NCBI GenBank assembly: GCA_963674595.2
Contig: CAXXFV010000027.1
Coordinates: 96,001-160,000, forward strand
DNA: 64,000 bases
Direction: 5' to 3'
Origin: a bacterium
GTDB lineage: Bacteria; Zhuqueibacterota; Zhuqueibacteria; Residuimicrobiales; Krinioviventaceae
Below the pieces are notes generated by a model that searched no databases, was not told where the DNA came from, and saw nothing but the letters and a program-made list of their open reading frames with translations. Positions within the stretch are counted from its first letter, which is position 1. Each line of letters begins with the position of its first letter. Shown here one piece after another: positions 31,108-40,306 of this stretch. The position numbers were made by a program, and so were the translations under genes.

Positions 31108-34100
31108 TCATTTTTTGGGGAAAGGCGGTATCGGATATATCTTTTTGCCTTGAGTTTTGAGTTCTTCCAAGACAACTTCAATCGCTTTGTTAAGCTGTTG
31201 ATCAATACCTTCGTACTCTTTTGCAGGATCATTGTCAACAACAATATCCGGTTCAACACCAACACCTTCAATGACCCATTCGCTTCCATCAAGACTGTAT
31301 GGGGCAAACTCTGGTTTATATAAATATCCGCCGTCTACCAAAGGCAGCGAACCCCGAATACCAACAACACCGCCCCAGGATCGTTTACCGATTAATTTTC
31401 CCAAACCGAGTTGTTTGAATCTATATGGGAAAATATCCCCATCGGATGCGGAAAATTCATCCATCAAGCATACTTTGGGACCGTATATCAAAGCACCCGG
31501 ATCTGTTCCGGGAGCTGTGTTTCGGGCCATATCCAGCATTACAGCTTCACGTTGCAGCCTTTCAATAATCATTGGCGAAACATTGCCTCCGCCATTTCCA
31601 CGGACATCGATAATAAGGGCTTTTTTACGTAATTGGGGATAAAAATGTTTAACAAATTCGTTTAATCCGTTTCTATCCATATCAGGCACGTGTATGTACC
31701 CAACCTGCCCTTTTGTTGCAACATCAACTTTGTGAATATTGTCCTGTACCCAGTTATAATAATAAAGGTCCAGTTCGTCACCTGTCGGTATAACGACAAT
31801 ATCACGGCTTCCTTCAGTTTGCGGTAAAGAGTTGATTGTAAGTGTCACCTGTGTGCCGACAGTATTGACAAGTTCCGCATAAATATTTAACATTCCTTTT
31901 GTCGACTTGCCGTTGACCGCTAAAATAAAGTCTCCTTCTTTGGCGTCTATACCAATTTCCGTAAGCGGGGAACGACGTGAAGATTTCCAGTTTTCACCTT
32001 TAAGGATTTTTTTAATTTTGTAAAAACGTGTAGCTTTGTCACGTTCAAGGATGGCACCCAATAAGCCGGTTTCAATGCGTTTTGCAGCAGGCTGATCGCC
32101 ACCGCCGACATAGGAATGACCAATACTTAATTCGCCGATCATTTCACCAATAACATAAGTCAAATCAGCACGATGATTTACATAATCAACCAGCGGACGG
32201 TATTTATTTCGGATACCTTCCCAATCAAGTCCGTGCATATTCGGATCATACAGAAAATCACGCATCTGTCGCCAGGTTTCGTTAAAAATTTGTACCCATT
32301 CCTGCTTTCTGTCTACTTTAACCTGAAGGCCTTTAAGATCAAGTTTGTCTTTCAACTCTACTTTACCTTTAGGAAGATCAATAATAGCATAGGATTTATT
32401 CTGAGAGACAAGCATTTTTTTATTATCAGATGAAATTTCAAAGCCGTTAAATTGACCAACTTCTGTTTCCTTTTTCTTTTTTAGGTCATAAAATAACAAT
32501 AATGGCTTGGCATCCTGGCTACCTTTTCTGGTATAATAAACGTTGTCACCAACACACATCGGGCTTGAATAAGAAGAAGCTTTAATCGGAAGTGAAAGAA
32601 TACGATCAGTTATGCCGTCAGCATCAACTATCACCTTAACTGATTCGTCCTCTTTTTTCTCATCCTTGCTTTTATTATTTTTTTCTTCAGATTTTTCTTT
32701 TTCAATTGCAACTTCATCGCTTTCAGGTTTGAACGGAGAGTCTGTTTTTTTACTCAAAGTGACAAAATAAATTCCTCCCATGTCTCTATAAGCATGGTTC
32801 CATTCTGTTTGACTGTATAATGGATTAAAGTTGCGGTCTGATGTGAAAAACAGATACTTGCCGTCAGAACTGAAGGAAGGATATGAGCAGGAATACCAGC
32901 CATCGGTTACCTGAATTTGTTGTTCGGTTTCCAGCGAATAAAGATAAATTTTATTCATGGAATCTTTTTCATATTTGGCATAAGCAATCCATTTGCTATC
33001 CGGAGACCAGGAGTAATGACGGAATTCCCACATTTCTGCCTGGGTAATACGAATCAGTTTTTTTGCAGCTAAATCATAATAACTCAAGCGCAATTTTTTA
33101 TCTGCCCACAGCAATTTTTTACTGTCCGGTGACCAGTAGATTTGGTATTTATAGGTATCAGCATTGGATGTCAGTTGAATTTCTTTACCCTCTCCATCTT
33201 GCGGAAGGATAAAAATTTCATTTTCGCCGGTTTTATCAGATATATAAGCAATCCATTTCCCGTCCGGAGACCATTTTGAATTACGCTCATGCACATCTGA
33301 TGAGGCTGTTATATTACGTGTTTTGCCATGTTCAGCCGGTACTGTAAAGACGTCACCTCTGGCGCCAAATAAAGCACGTTTACCGTCAGGAGAAATTTCA
33401 TAATTACTGATTCGATCACTAACAGAAATAATTTCGCCACGACTGGCCTGTTGATCATTGGCAATTTCTACACTTACCTTTTCATATTTCTCTGATCCGA
33501 TATCAAATTTGTAGATAAAACCGCCGTTTTCAAAAACAATTTTTGTTCTCCCTAGTGAAGGAAACTTTATGTCAAAATCTTTAAATTTTGTCAATCGTTT
33601 GGTTTGTTTTGACGCAATGTCATAAACATACAGATTCATGCGTTTATTGTCATCACGGTCGGATAAAAAGTATATTTTATTGCCCCACCACATGGGAATA
33701 ATATCCTGTGCCGGATTATCTGTAATATTTTCTGTGGTTTTATTTTCAAAATCGTATATCCAGATATCATCTGCCATACCGCCCCGATAGCGTTTCCAGG
33801 TCCGAAATTCCCGAAAAACCCTGTTATAGGCCAATTGTTTATCATTTTGAGAAAAAGAACAAAATCCGCCCCGTGGTAAAGGAAGCTGCTCTTGAATGTC
33901 ACCGTCAATACCGACGGTATAAAGCTGCCCTTTAAAATCGTTAAACTCACTCATTCTGGAACGAAAAACTATTGTTTTGTTATCATGCTTCCAACCCATA
34001 ACAATGTTATTGGGACCCATTCTATCAGAAATATCATCCCGTTTTAAAGTTGCTGTAAAAGTCGCTCTTTTTGGTACCCCGCCTTCAGCAGGAATCAAAT

Positions 34101-34362
34101 AAACTTCAGTATTACCATCATATTGACCCGTAAATGCAATATATTTGCCATCATGGGAAAATCTGGGAAACGATTCAAATCCAATATGACTCGTTAATCG
34201 CCTGGCAACACCTCCATCAGCAGAAACCGTATACAAATCTCCTGCATAGGAAAACACAATCTGGTCCTCATAAATTGCCGGAAACCGCAATAACCCGGTC
34301 TCTTTTGACATGGCCAGAGACGTTAAAATCAGGATGGTCAACGATAACAAAAGTTTTCTCAT
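31108..34362 (-). CDS. Tricorn protease homolog (peptidase S41, PD40 propellers, PDZ)
   Basis: LLRFPAI, WKRYRGG, SPDGK repeats, GYIHVPDM, DVRGNGGG, FSASDGD, GKRSWGG. Confidence 0.95.
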   Translation of the reverse strand: MRKLLLSLTILILTSLAMSKETGLLRFPAIYEDQIVFSYAGDLYTVSADGGVARRLTSHIGFESFPRFSHDGKYIAFTGQYDGNTEVYLIPAEGGVPKRATFTATLKRDDISDRMGPNNIVMGWKHDNKTIVFRSRMSEFNDFKGQLYTVGIDGDIQEQLPLPRGGFCSFSQNDKQLAYNRVFREFRTWKRYRGGMADDIWIYDFENKTTENITDNPAQDIIPMWWGNKIYFLSDRDDNKRMNLYVYDIASKQTKRLTKFKDFDIKFPSLGRTKIVFENGGFIYKFDIGSEKYEKVSVEIANDQQASRGEIISVSDRISNYEISPDGKRALFGARGDVFTVPAEHGKTRNITASSDVHERNSKWSPDGKWIAYISDKTGENEIFILPQDGEGKEIQLTSNADTYKYQIYWSPDSKKLLWADKKLRLSYYDLAAKKLIRITQAEMWEFRHYSWSPDSKWIAYAKYEKDSMNKIYLYSLETEQQIQVTDGWYSCSYPSFSSDGKYLFFTSDRNFNPLYSQTEWNHAYRDMGGIYFVTLSKKTDSPFKPESDEVAIEKEKSEEKNNKSKDEKKEDESVKVIVDADGITDRILSLPIKASSYSSPMCVGDNVYYTRKGSQDAKPLLLFYDLKKKKETEVGQFNGFEISSDNKKMLVSQNKSYAIIDLPKGKVELKDKLDLKGLQVKVDRKQEWVQIFNETWRQMRDFLYDPNMHGLDWEGIRNKYRPLVDYVNHRADLTYVIGEMIGELSIGHSYVGGGDQPAAKRIETGLLGAILERDKATRFYKIKKILKGENWKSSRRSPLTEIGIDAKEGDFILAVNGKSTKGMLNIYAELVNTVGTQVTLTINSLPQTEGSRDIVVIPTGDELDLYYYNWVQDNIHKVDVATKGQVGYIHVPDMDRNGLNEFVKHFYPQLRKKALIIDVRGNGGGNVSPMIIERLQREAVMLDMARNTAPGTDPGALIYGPKVCLMDEFSASDGDIFPYRFKQLGLGKLIGKRSWGGVVGIRGSLPLVDGGYLYKPEFAPYSLDGSEWVIEGVGVEPDIVVDNDPAKEYEGIDQQLNKAIEVVLEELKTQGKKIYPIPPFPKK

Positions 34363-34465
34363 CAGCAACTCCTTTTTAAATTAATTTTATTATTAAAACC
34401 TTTTGTTCTTTGACGAAAAAAAAGCCAAAGAGATTCAATATTTTTTCTTTAGCTTTATTTAATTC

Positions 34466-35449
34466 CTAATTCGTTTGAATATAATTTTCAAAATTATTAT
34501 CCAGTTCCTCTTTAGATTTATCCCCTTCAAAAATTATAACTCTGAATTTAAAAAAGGCTTTTTGACCGGGTTCTAATGTTAAATTATATGGAACAACTTG
34601 CTCTTCACCTCTTGTTTTTTGAAAAGCAGATTGACCAAGCGGATTTGCCGCAAATAAACCATAAGCACGGACATGCCAGTATGTAGGATAATTGATACTT
34701 TCAGGATGATTTAAAATTGCAATACCCACAACCGTACTATCCTTTTTTCCCTGTAATGCAACCCAGGAAGCTCTTTTTCCCCAAACATTCTTTTCACCTT
34801 TGTCGCCATTAGAGCTCAGGTAGTAGCTGTTACCTGCCTTTTCCTTTAGCCAATGGGCAACACGTATGGCAAACATACCTTCTTTTGTATCTTCAAAAAC
34901 AACTTTTTGGTTAACAGCCGTTAATGTAATATCAAAATCAATAATATTTTGATTACAGCATCCCGAAAACTCCATTGTGCGGTCTTCCTGCAGCAGTACC
35001 TCACCTTTTTCATTAGTCCATTCGTGAGTAACAGACAGGATACCTTTATCATCGTCGCTGGTCATTGTATTCAAACTAACAAATTTGATCTGTGGTGGAA
35101 TTTTAGTCGTGTTCCAAAAACCGGTACCATTAACTTTATCAACGGTAAAAAACAAACCGGCATGGTGTGGATGGTCCTGTTTTTCACCCTCTACATCAGC
35201 AAATGGAAAACTACGGTTTACCTGAATTCCGCTTGGAGAATTGACAGGAAAAAGGACAGGTTTGGTATAATCCTGTTTATATACAAAAGATGTAAAAAGT
35301 TTGTCATTGAACAATACATCAATCTTGTCCTGTGCCTTCACAAACAGAACTTTGGCCTTTTCCTTTTTCATAGGTTCTGTTTTAGACTGACAAGCAATAG
35401 ATAAAACAATAAAAAATAACACTATAATAGGAAATAATCGCAACTTCAT
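34466..35449 (-). CDS. DUF6807/PmoA-like lipoprotein
   Basis: Lipobox SIAC; KPVLFPV, DHPHH, DTKEG, WHVRAYGLFAANP. Confidence 0.8.
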   Translation of the reverse strand: MKLRLFPIIVLFFIVLSIACQSKTEPMKKEKAKVLFVKAQDKIDVLFNDKLFTSFVYKQDYTKPVLFPVNSPSGIQVNRSFPFADVEGEKQDHPHHAGLFFTVDKVNGTGFWNTTKIPPQIKFVSLNTMTSDDDKGILSVTHEWTNEKGEVLLQEDRTMEFSGCCNQNIIDFDITLTAVNQKVVFEDTKEGMFAIRVAHWLKEKAGNSYYLSSNGDKGEKNVWGKRASWVALQGKKDSTVVGIAILNHPESINYPTYWHVRAYGLFAANPLGQSAFQKTRGEEQVVPYNLTLEPGQKAFFKFRVIIFEGDKSKEELDNNFENYIQTN

Positions 35450-35613
35450 TTTAAAACTCCCATCTACACGAATAATTTGTCAGATTTACTTTTATTAAAA
35501 AAACAGACAAGCATTTATATTGTAAGATATTTTAATAAATTCAAGATACAAAAATTTTTCGTACGAGTAAAGAAGTTATCAATAAAATTAATCATTTTTT
35601 TCATAAAAGAACA

Positions 35614-35643
35614 TTGCAATTCAAATGTGATTTAATTACATTT
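35614..35643 (+). promoter_or_regulatory. Putative araB promoter with overlapping palindromic operator
   Basis: TTGCAA-17bp-TACATT; AAATGTGA-tttaa-TTACATTT dyad overlaps the -10. Confidence 0.45.
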
Positions 35644-35755
35644 TATCCCGATCTTTTATATATTCAATAGAATGTTTCCTTTTATTTGATTGAATAATTT
35701 TTAATCAATAAAACAAACCTTACAATACACCATAAAACCATAGGAGTTGGTAAAA

Positions 35756-37435
35756 ATGAGTGATAAAAAATACGTTATCGGAATTGATTATGGTACAGAT
35801 TCCGTCCGTTCAATCATTGTAGATTCTTCCAACGGCACAGAAATTTCATCTTCCGTTTATGCTTATAAACAATGGGCTGCAGGAAAGTTTTGTGATTCGG
35901 CAAAAAACCAGTTTCGCCAACATCCTGTTGATTATATTGAAGGTTTGACTTTAACAGTAAAAGAAGCCCTTCAAAAAGCTCCTCAAGGAACCGCTGAAAA
36001 TATTAGTGGTATTTCAATCGACACAACAGGTTCCACACCTGTTGCTGTTGATAAAAACGGCGTACCGTTGGCGCTTACACCCGGTTTTGAAGATAATCCT
36101 AACGCCATGTTTATACTATGGAAAGACCATACAGCGATTAAAGAAGCAGACGAAATAAACAAACTAGCCAAAACCTGGGGCGGTGAAGATTTTACAAAAT
36201 ATGTCGGCGGCATTTATTCTTCTGAGTGGTTTTGGGCTAAAATATTGCATGTATTACGTAATGATTCCAGGGTACGTGACGCTGCTTACTCGTGGATGGA
36301 ACATTGTGACTGGCTCCCTGCCCTGTTGACCGGTAACACCGATCCATTGACCATTAAACGCAGCCGATGTGCTGCCGGGCATAAAGCCATGTGGCATGCC
36401 ACTTTTGAAGGTTTACCCTTTGAAGAATTTTTAGTTAAACTGGACCCGTTGCTTAAAGGTTTAAGAGAACGGCTGTTTTCAAAAACCTGGACATGTGACG
36501 AACCTGTGGGGACTCTTTGCTCTGAATGGGCTGAAAAACTTGGTTTATCAACTGATGTCGTTATAGGTGTGGGAGCTTTTGATGCTCATATGGGCGCTGT
36601 AGGCGGGGAAATTGAACCCTATGTTTTAACAAAAATTGTCGGAACGTCCACATGCGATATGCTTATTGCTCCTAACGAAGAGTTTGGTGATAAGCTTGTT
36701 AACGGGATCTGCGGGCAGGTTGACGGATCTATCGTTCCCGGCATGTTGGGTATGGAAGCCGGTCAATCTTGCGTTGGTGACGTTTATGCGTGGTTTAGAG
36801 ATATCCTGATGTGGCCGGTGGAAAACATAATCGGTAAAAACACATTAATTGATGCCGACCTTGGAACAAAGTTAGTAGATCAAATATCTGATCAGATTAT
36901 ACCTATGCTGTCTGAAGAAGCTGAGAAACTGGATATAAACGAATCCGGTATTGTTGCGCTTGACTGGTTGAACGGACGCCGCACACCGGATGCGAATCAG
37001 GCGTTAAAAGGCGCCATTATTGGCCTTAGTCTCGGCTCTGATGCCGTTAAAATTTTCAGAGCACTGGTTGAAGCGACCGCTTTTGGCGCGAAAAAGATTG
37101 CAGACAGGTTTATCGATGAAGGCGTGAAAATTACCAGCGTTATTGCACTTGGCGGCGTTGCCAAAAAATCACCTCTGGTAATGCAAATTCATGCCGATGT
37201 GCTAAACATGCCAATAAAAATTGCCCGTTCCGAACAAACCTGTGCACTGGGTGCCGCCATGTGTGCTGCTACCGTAGCCGGTGTTTATGAAAACATTGAA
37301 CAGGCACAAAAAGCCATGGGCAGTGGGTTTGAAAAGGAATATCAACCCATTCCTGAAAATGTTGAAAAGTATAAAAGCTTGTTTGAAAAATATTCAAAAT
37401 TAGGTGATTTGGTTGAGAAGGAATTGACAGAGTAA
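35756..37435 (+). CDS. araB: Ribulokinase
   Basis: IGIDYGTDSVR, QFRQHPVDY, LWKDHTA, GGIYSSEWFWAK, GTSTCD, GICGQVDGS, DWLNGRRTPDA. Confidence 0.95.
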   Translation: MSDKKYVIGIDYGTDSVRSIIVDSSNGTEISSSVYAYKQWAAGKFCDSAKNQFRQHPVDYIEGLTLTVKEALQKAPQGTAENISGISIDTTGSTPVAVDKNGVPLALTPGFEDNPNAMFILWKDHTAIKEADEINKLAKTWGGEDFTKYVGGIYSSEWFWAKILHVLRNDSRVRDAAYSWMEHCDWLPALLTGNTDPLTIKRSRCAAGHKAMWHATFEGLPFEEFLVKLDPLLKGLRERLFSKTWTCDEPVGTLCSEWAEKLGLSTDVVIGVGAFDAHMGAVGGEIEPYVLTKIVGTSTCDMLIAPNEEFGDKLVNGICGQVDGSIVPGMLGMEAGQSCVGDVYAWFRDILMWPVENIIGKNTLIDADLGTKLVDQISDQIIPMLSEEAEKLDINESGIVALDWLNGRRTPDANQALKGAIIGLSLGSDAVKIFRALVEATAFGAKKIADRFIDEGVKITSVIALGGVAKKSPLVMQIHADVLNMPIKIARSEQTCALGAAMCAATVAGVYENIEQAQKAMGSGFEKEYQPIPENVEKYKSLFEKYSKLGDLVEKELTE

Positions 37436-37473
37436 TAAACTGATAGCGTAAAAAAAGTTTTATTTTAATCGAT

Positions 37474-37555
37474 AAAAAATAACGGACCGAAGATTAAAAA
37501 AATTCCGGTCCGTTTCAGGAGGCCAATGGGAGTAAAGTCGAACCCATTTGGCTTA
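37474..37555 (-). ncRNA. Candidate small RNA (hairpin, CCTCCT, terminator); the terminator hairpin may also serve araB
   Basis: Minus strand: GCCAAATGGG/CCCATTGGC stem, CCTCCT, AACGGACCG/CGGTCCGTT stem then ATTTTTT. Confidence 0.4.
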
Positions 37556-38039
37556 ATTTTTAATAGAACAACCTAGTAAAAGATAACAAAGATTTTTCAA
37601 ATTAGAAAAGTTCCAAAATCTACTGATATAGTTTTAATAGATTTTACCATTAAACCGATGTAAAAAATCTATTAAATCATTCCAATATTGAAAAGTATTA
37701 AGATCATTGATCTGCCTCCCTTAGTTACTACTTTTGAAAAAATGAAACTACCTGGCCGGCACGTATTTTTAGGTCAATTTATTACCCAATAGATCGTTAT
37801 AATAATAAATTACATTTTACTATTAATGTCAACAAAAAAAATATTTTTTTAATTATACTATTTTCCCCAAATCACATAGTTTTTGAGAATTACAAAAATA
37901 TTGTTCGCCATATAAAATTGTGAAAATAGTTTCATCTTGATCTGTTCAAGTAATATTTGTATATGGAAAAAACAATATGGTCCTTATAACCCGAAGGAAT
38001 CTCACCTCAACTGAAAGCAACAGACAATACAGGCAAGAA

Positions 38040-38954
38040 TCACTTTTCTTTCATGTTTTCGTTAGCTTTAATCCATTCTAAAATTCGTTCAACAATCCAA
38101 TCCTTTAAGCGGTCATCCGGCAGTAAACCTTTATCGGAAAAATATATATTTTGCCGGCTAAACCAATCATTATTCAATTTCTGTTGGCTCAAATAACGAC
38201 TTGCAATTTGACCCGGTGCCAAAGAGAGATAAAGTCCAAGTACGATAACTCTTTCGCAGTTTTCAGCCATACCCAAAATACAGGGTAAACCCTCGGTTTC
38301 AAAAGATTGCCCTACCTCAATAAAGGCGTAATCAAATTTGGTTATGCCGGATTTTGCACAGATATAGGCACCCGCTTTTTTACATGCCTTGTGCCAAAAG
38401 GGTGCAAAATCCGAACTGCCATGCGTTAACAGAACAATTCCCTCATTTTCCGGTGAAATTGATAATTCCCTAACGCGATCAAGCAAAATCACTTGAATTA
38501 GGTCACCATAATCCAATGTTGGCCCAAGAACAATTTTTATTTTCGTATCAACAATTTCAATTCCTTCGTCAAGAAGCGATTGTATAGTATCTTTATTGAA
38601 CGATAATCCTAAAATCGAAGGTATATCAAACATCGAATGACCGGAAGCGTTGGTAAACAACGGCAAAGCGAATATTGATTCAACACCTGAAGCCTCCAGT
38701 TCCCTGACCACCTCAGCGATGGTTGGTTTGGCCATTTCCATAAAAGCAATTCGAACCTCACAGTCAAAATTTTCAGACAATAAACGTTCAGATACAATTT
38801 TCTCCAGGGACTGTACGGAGGTATTCCACTCCGTACTATGCGAACCATGTGCAATAATCAAAATCGCTGTTTTATCTTTAGCGAATGATGAGATTGTTTC
38901 GATGAATAAAAAAAGTAATATGACTGCAAATATAACTGTTTTCCTGGATTTCAA
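38040..38954 (-). CDS. Exported CbiX/SirB-type class II chelatase-like protein
   Basis: Signal peptide; IIAHGS, AFMEMAKP, PLF...GH in domain 1; THGS in domain 2. Confidence 0.8.
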   Translation of the reverse strand: MKSRKTVIFAVILLFLFIETISSFAKDKTAILIIAHGSHSTEWNTSVQSLEKIVSERLLSENFDCEVRIAFMEMAKPTIAEVVRELEASGVESIFALPLFTNASGHSMFDIPSILGLSFNKDTIQSLLDEGIEIVDTKIKIVLGPTLDYGDLIQVILLDRVRELSISPENEGIVLLTHGSSDFAPFWHKACKKAGAYICAKSGITKFDYAFIEVGQSFETEGLPCILGMAENCERVIVLGLYLSLAPGQIASRYLSQQKLNNDWFSRQNIYFSDKGLLPDDRLKDWIVERILEWIKANENMKEK

Positions 38955-38987
38955 ATTTTTCTCCTATTTTCGGATATAAAATATAAA

Positions 38988-39548
38988 TCAATTCAGGTAA
39001 TAAAACAACAAGATCAGCGGCATTGCAATGCCCAATCCTGTCAACACAGCCCCACGTCCTGTTATGCCGTTTTTTCCGCGCACAATAAATAAACCGGTTA
39101 TCGCTATAAGGATTAATGAAACACAAAAAACATCCGAAAACCAGGTCCACAATCGTCCTGGATTATAATGTAAAAAATTCACTTCACGTAATACAGGCCG
39201 CCGTTTCAATTTTTCCATAACGCCATGTCCGGTCGATAAGTTTATTTCTACATGACCGCTTTTCAAAAAAATCTTTAATCGTTCCGGTTCAGGCTGATAA
39301 TGTTTTTTATAATTACCCTCCTGGCCATATTTTCCCAAAAACGTCATCACAGCTTTTTGGGTAACCGGTTCTCCGGTAACAGGCTGCTCCCACTGAACCC
39401 TGTTAGTATAGACGACGTAACTCGGATTCCAGTCTTTAAGGTGGTTTAATGCAATACCGGATAAACTATATATAATTGTCAGACCGAAAAAAAAGTAGCC
39501 AAAATCACGATGTAAAATTCTGTTCCATTTCCTTAAATTGAGTCCCAC
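38988..39548 (-). CDS. PepSY-associated TM helix protein
   Basis: RILHRDFGY, SGIALNH, NFLHYNP, ITGLF. Confidence 0.85.
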   Translation of the reverse strand: MGLNLRKWNRILHRDFGYFFFGLTIIYSLSGIALNHLKDWNPSYVVYTNRVQWEQPVTGEPVTQKAVMTFLGKYGQEGNYKKHYQPEPERLKIFLKSGHVEINLSTGHGVMEKLKRRPVLREVNFLHYNPGRLWTWFSDVFCVSLILIAITGLFIVRGKNGITGRGAVLTGLGIAMPLILLFYYLN

Positions 39549-39560
39549 TCAAAAACTCCG

Positions 39561-40100
39561 TTACTTAATTTCTTTAAAAGATTCACATTCCAAATTATAA
39601 AACGCAATTACTTCTTTACCGCTTTCCTTTAATTTTTTCCTCAAACTGTTGATTTGATTTTGTGCATTTTCATGATGATCATCAATAGCTTCTGAAGCAC
39701 CATGTTCATGGCCCTGATGTCCTACTTCCGGTTTTTGTTCATCACTAATTTCAGCCTCCCAATTATCCAAAAAAGCAGCATCAACTTTTTGCTCCTGAAT
39801 AACGCCGGTTACCTGAACATCACTGCCCTCCAGTTCAATATCAAATGCCCCCACGCTTTTACCGGCAGTTATTTTGAATCGTGGTTCCGGCTGCTCTCCG
39901 ATAATAAACATTCTTTTACCGCCATGTTTACATACATGAACAACAGTCCCTGTGATACTTGTACTTTTCCCAACATACTCAGCGGCATTCGCAGCAATAT
40001 CTTTCACAGTCAATTTTGGTATATTTTTATCTGTTTCATTTTTACTGCAAAATAAATTTAACACCAAAATAAAAATTATAATTAAAAATCTTTTAAGCAT
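39561..40100 (-). CDS. OB-fold lipoprotein with His-rich segment
   Basis: Lipobox-like NLFC; ITGTVVHVCKHGGK; GHQGHEHG..DDHH. Confidence 0.65.
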   Translation of the reverse strand: MLKRFLIIIFILVLNLFCSKNETDKNIPKLTVKDIAANAAEYVGKSTSITGTVVHVCKHGGKRMFIIGEQPEPRFKITAGKSVGAFDIELEGSDVQVTGVIQEQKVDAAFLDNWEAEISDEQKPEVGHQGHEHGASEAIDDHHENAQNQINSLRKKLKESGKEVIAFYNLECESFKEIK

Positions 40101-40306
40101 ATTTAATACTCCTATCCTTTCACTTAAAATAGTAATTTCAATTGAAATTTTCTACCAAAATCAATTACCATATAGCCAAACATTTGAGTTGTTGAGTAAA
40201 GATGTGAACGCAAAGCCAATATTACAATATATCTTTTGCAATGTCATTTCGAGTTATTGCAAAATCCATTAACACTAGTTCCTTAAAAAAATTAACCAAG
40301 TTTTTT

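Noticed and set aside
34466-35449. Methane monooxygenase
   Set aside because: The 'PmoA' family label is a misnomer here; this is a soluble lipoprotein and no pmoCB genes are present.
37531-37546. tRNA fragment (GGGTTCGAC) as the second att site of the island
   Set aside because: It does not match the tRNA-Arg T-arm (GCGTTCGAATCGC).
37526-37576. Plus-strand 16-aa peptide MGVKSNPFGLIFNRTT after AGGAGG
   Set aside because: The SD-ATG spacing is only 3 nt and the start lies inside a hairpin.
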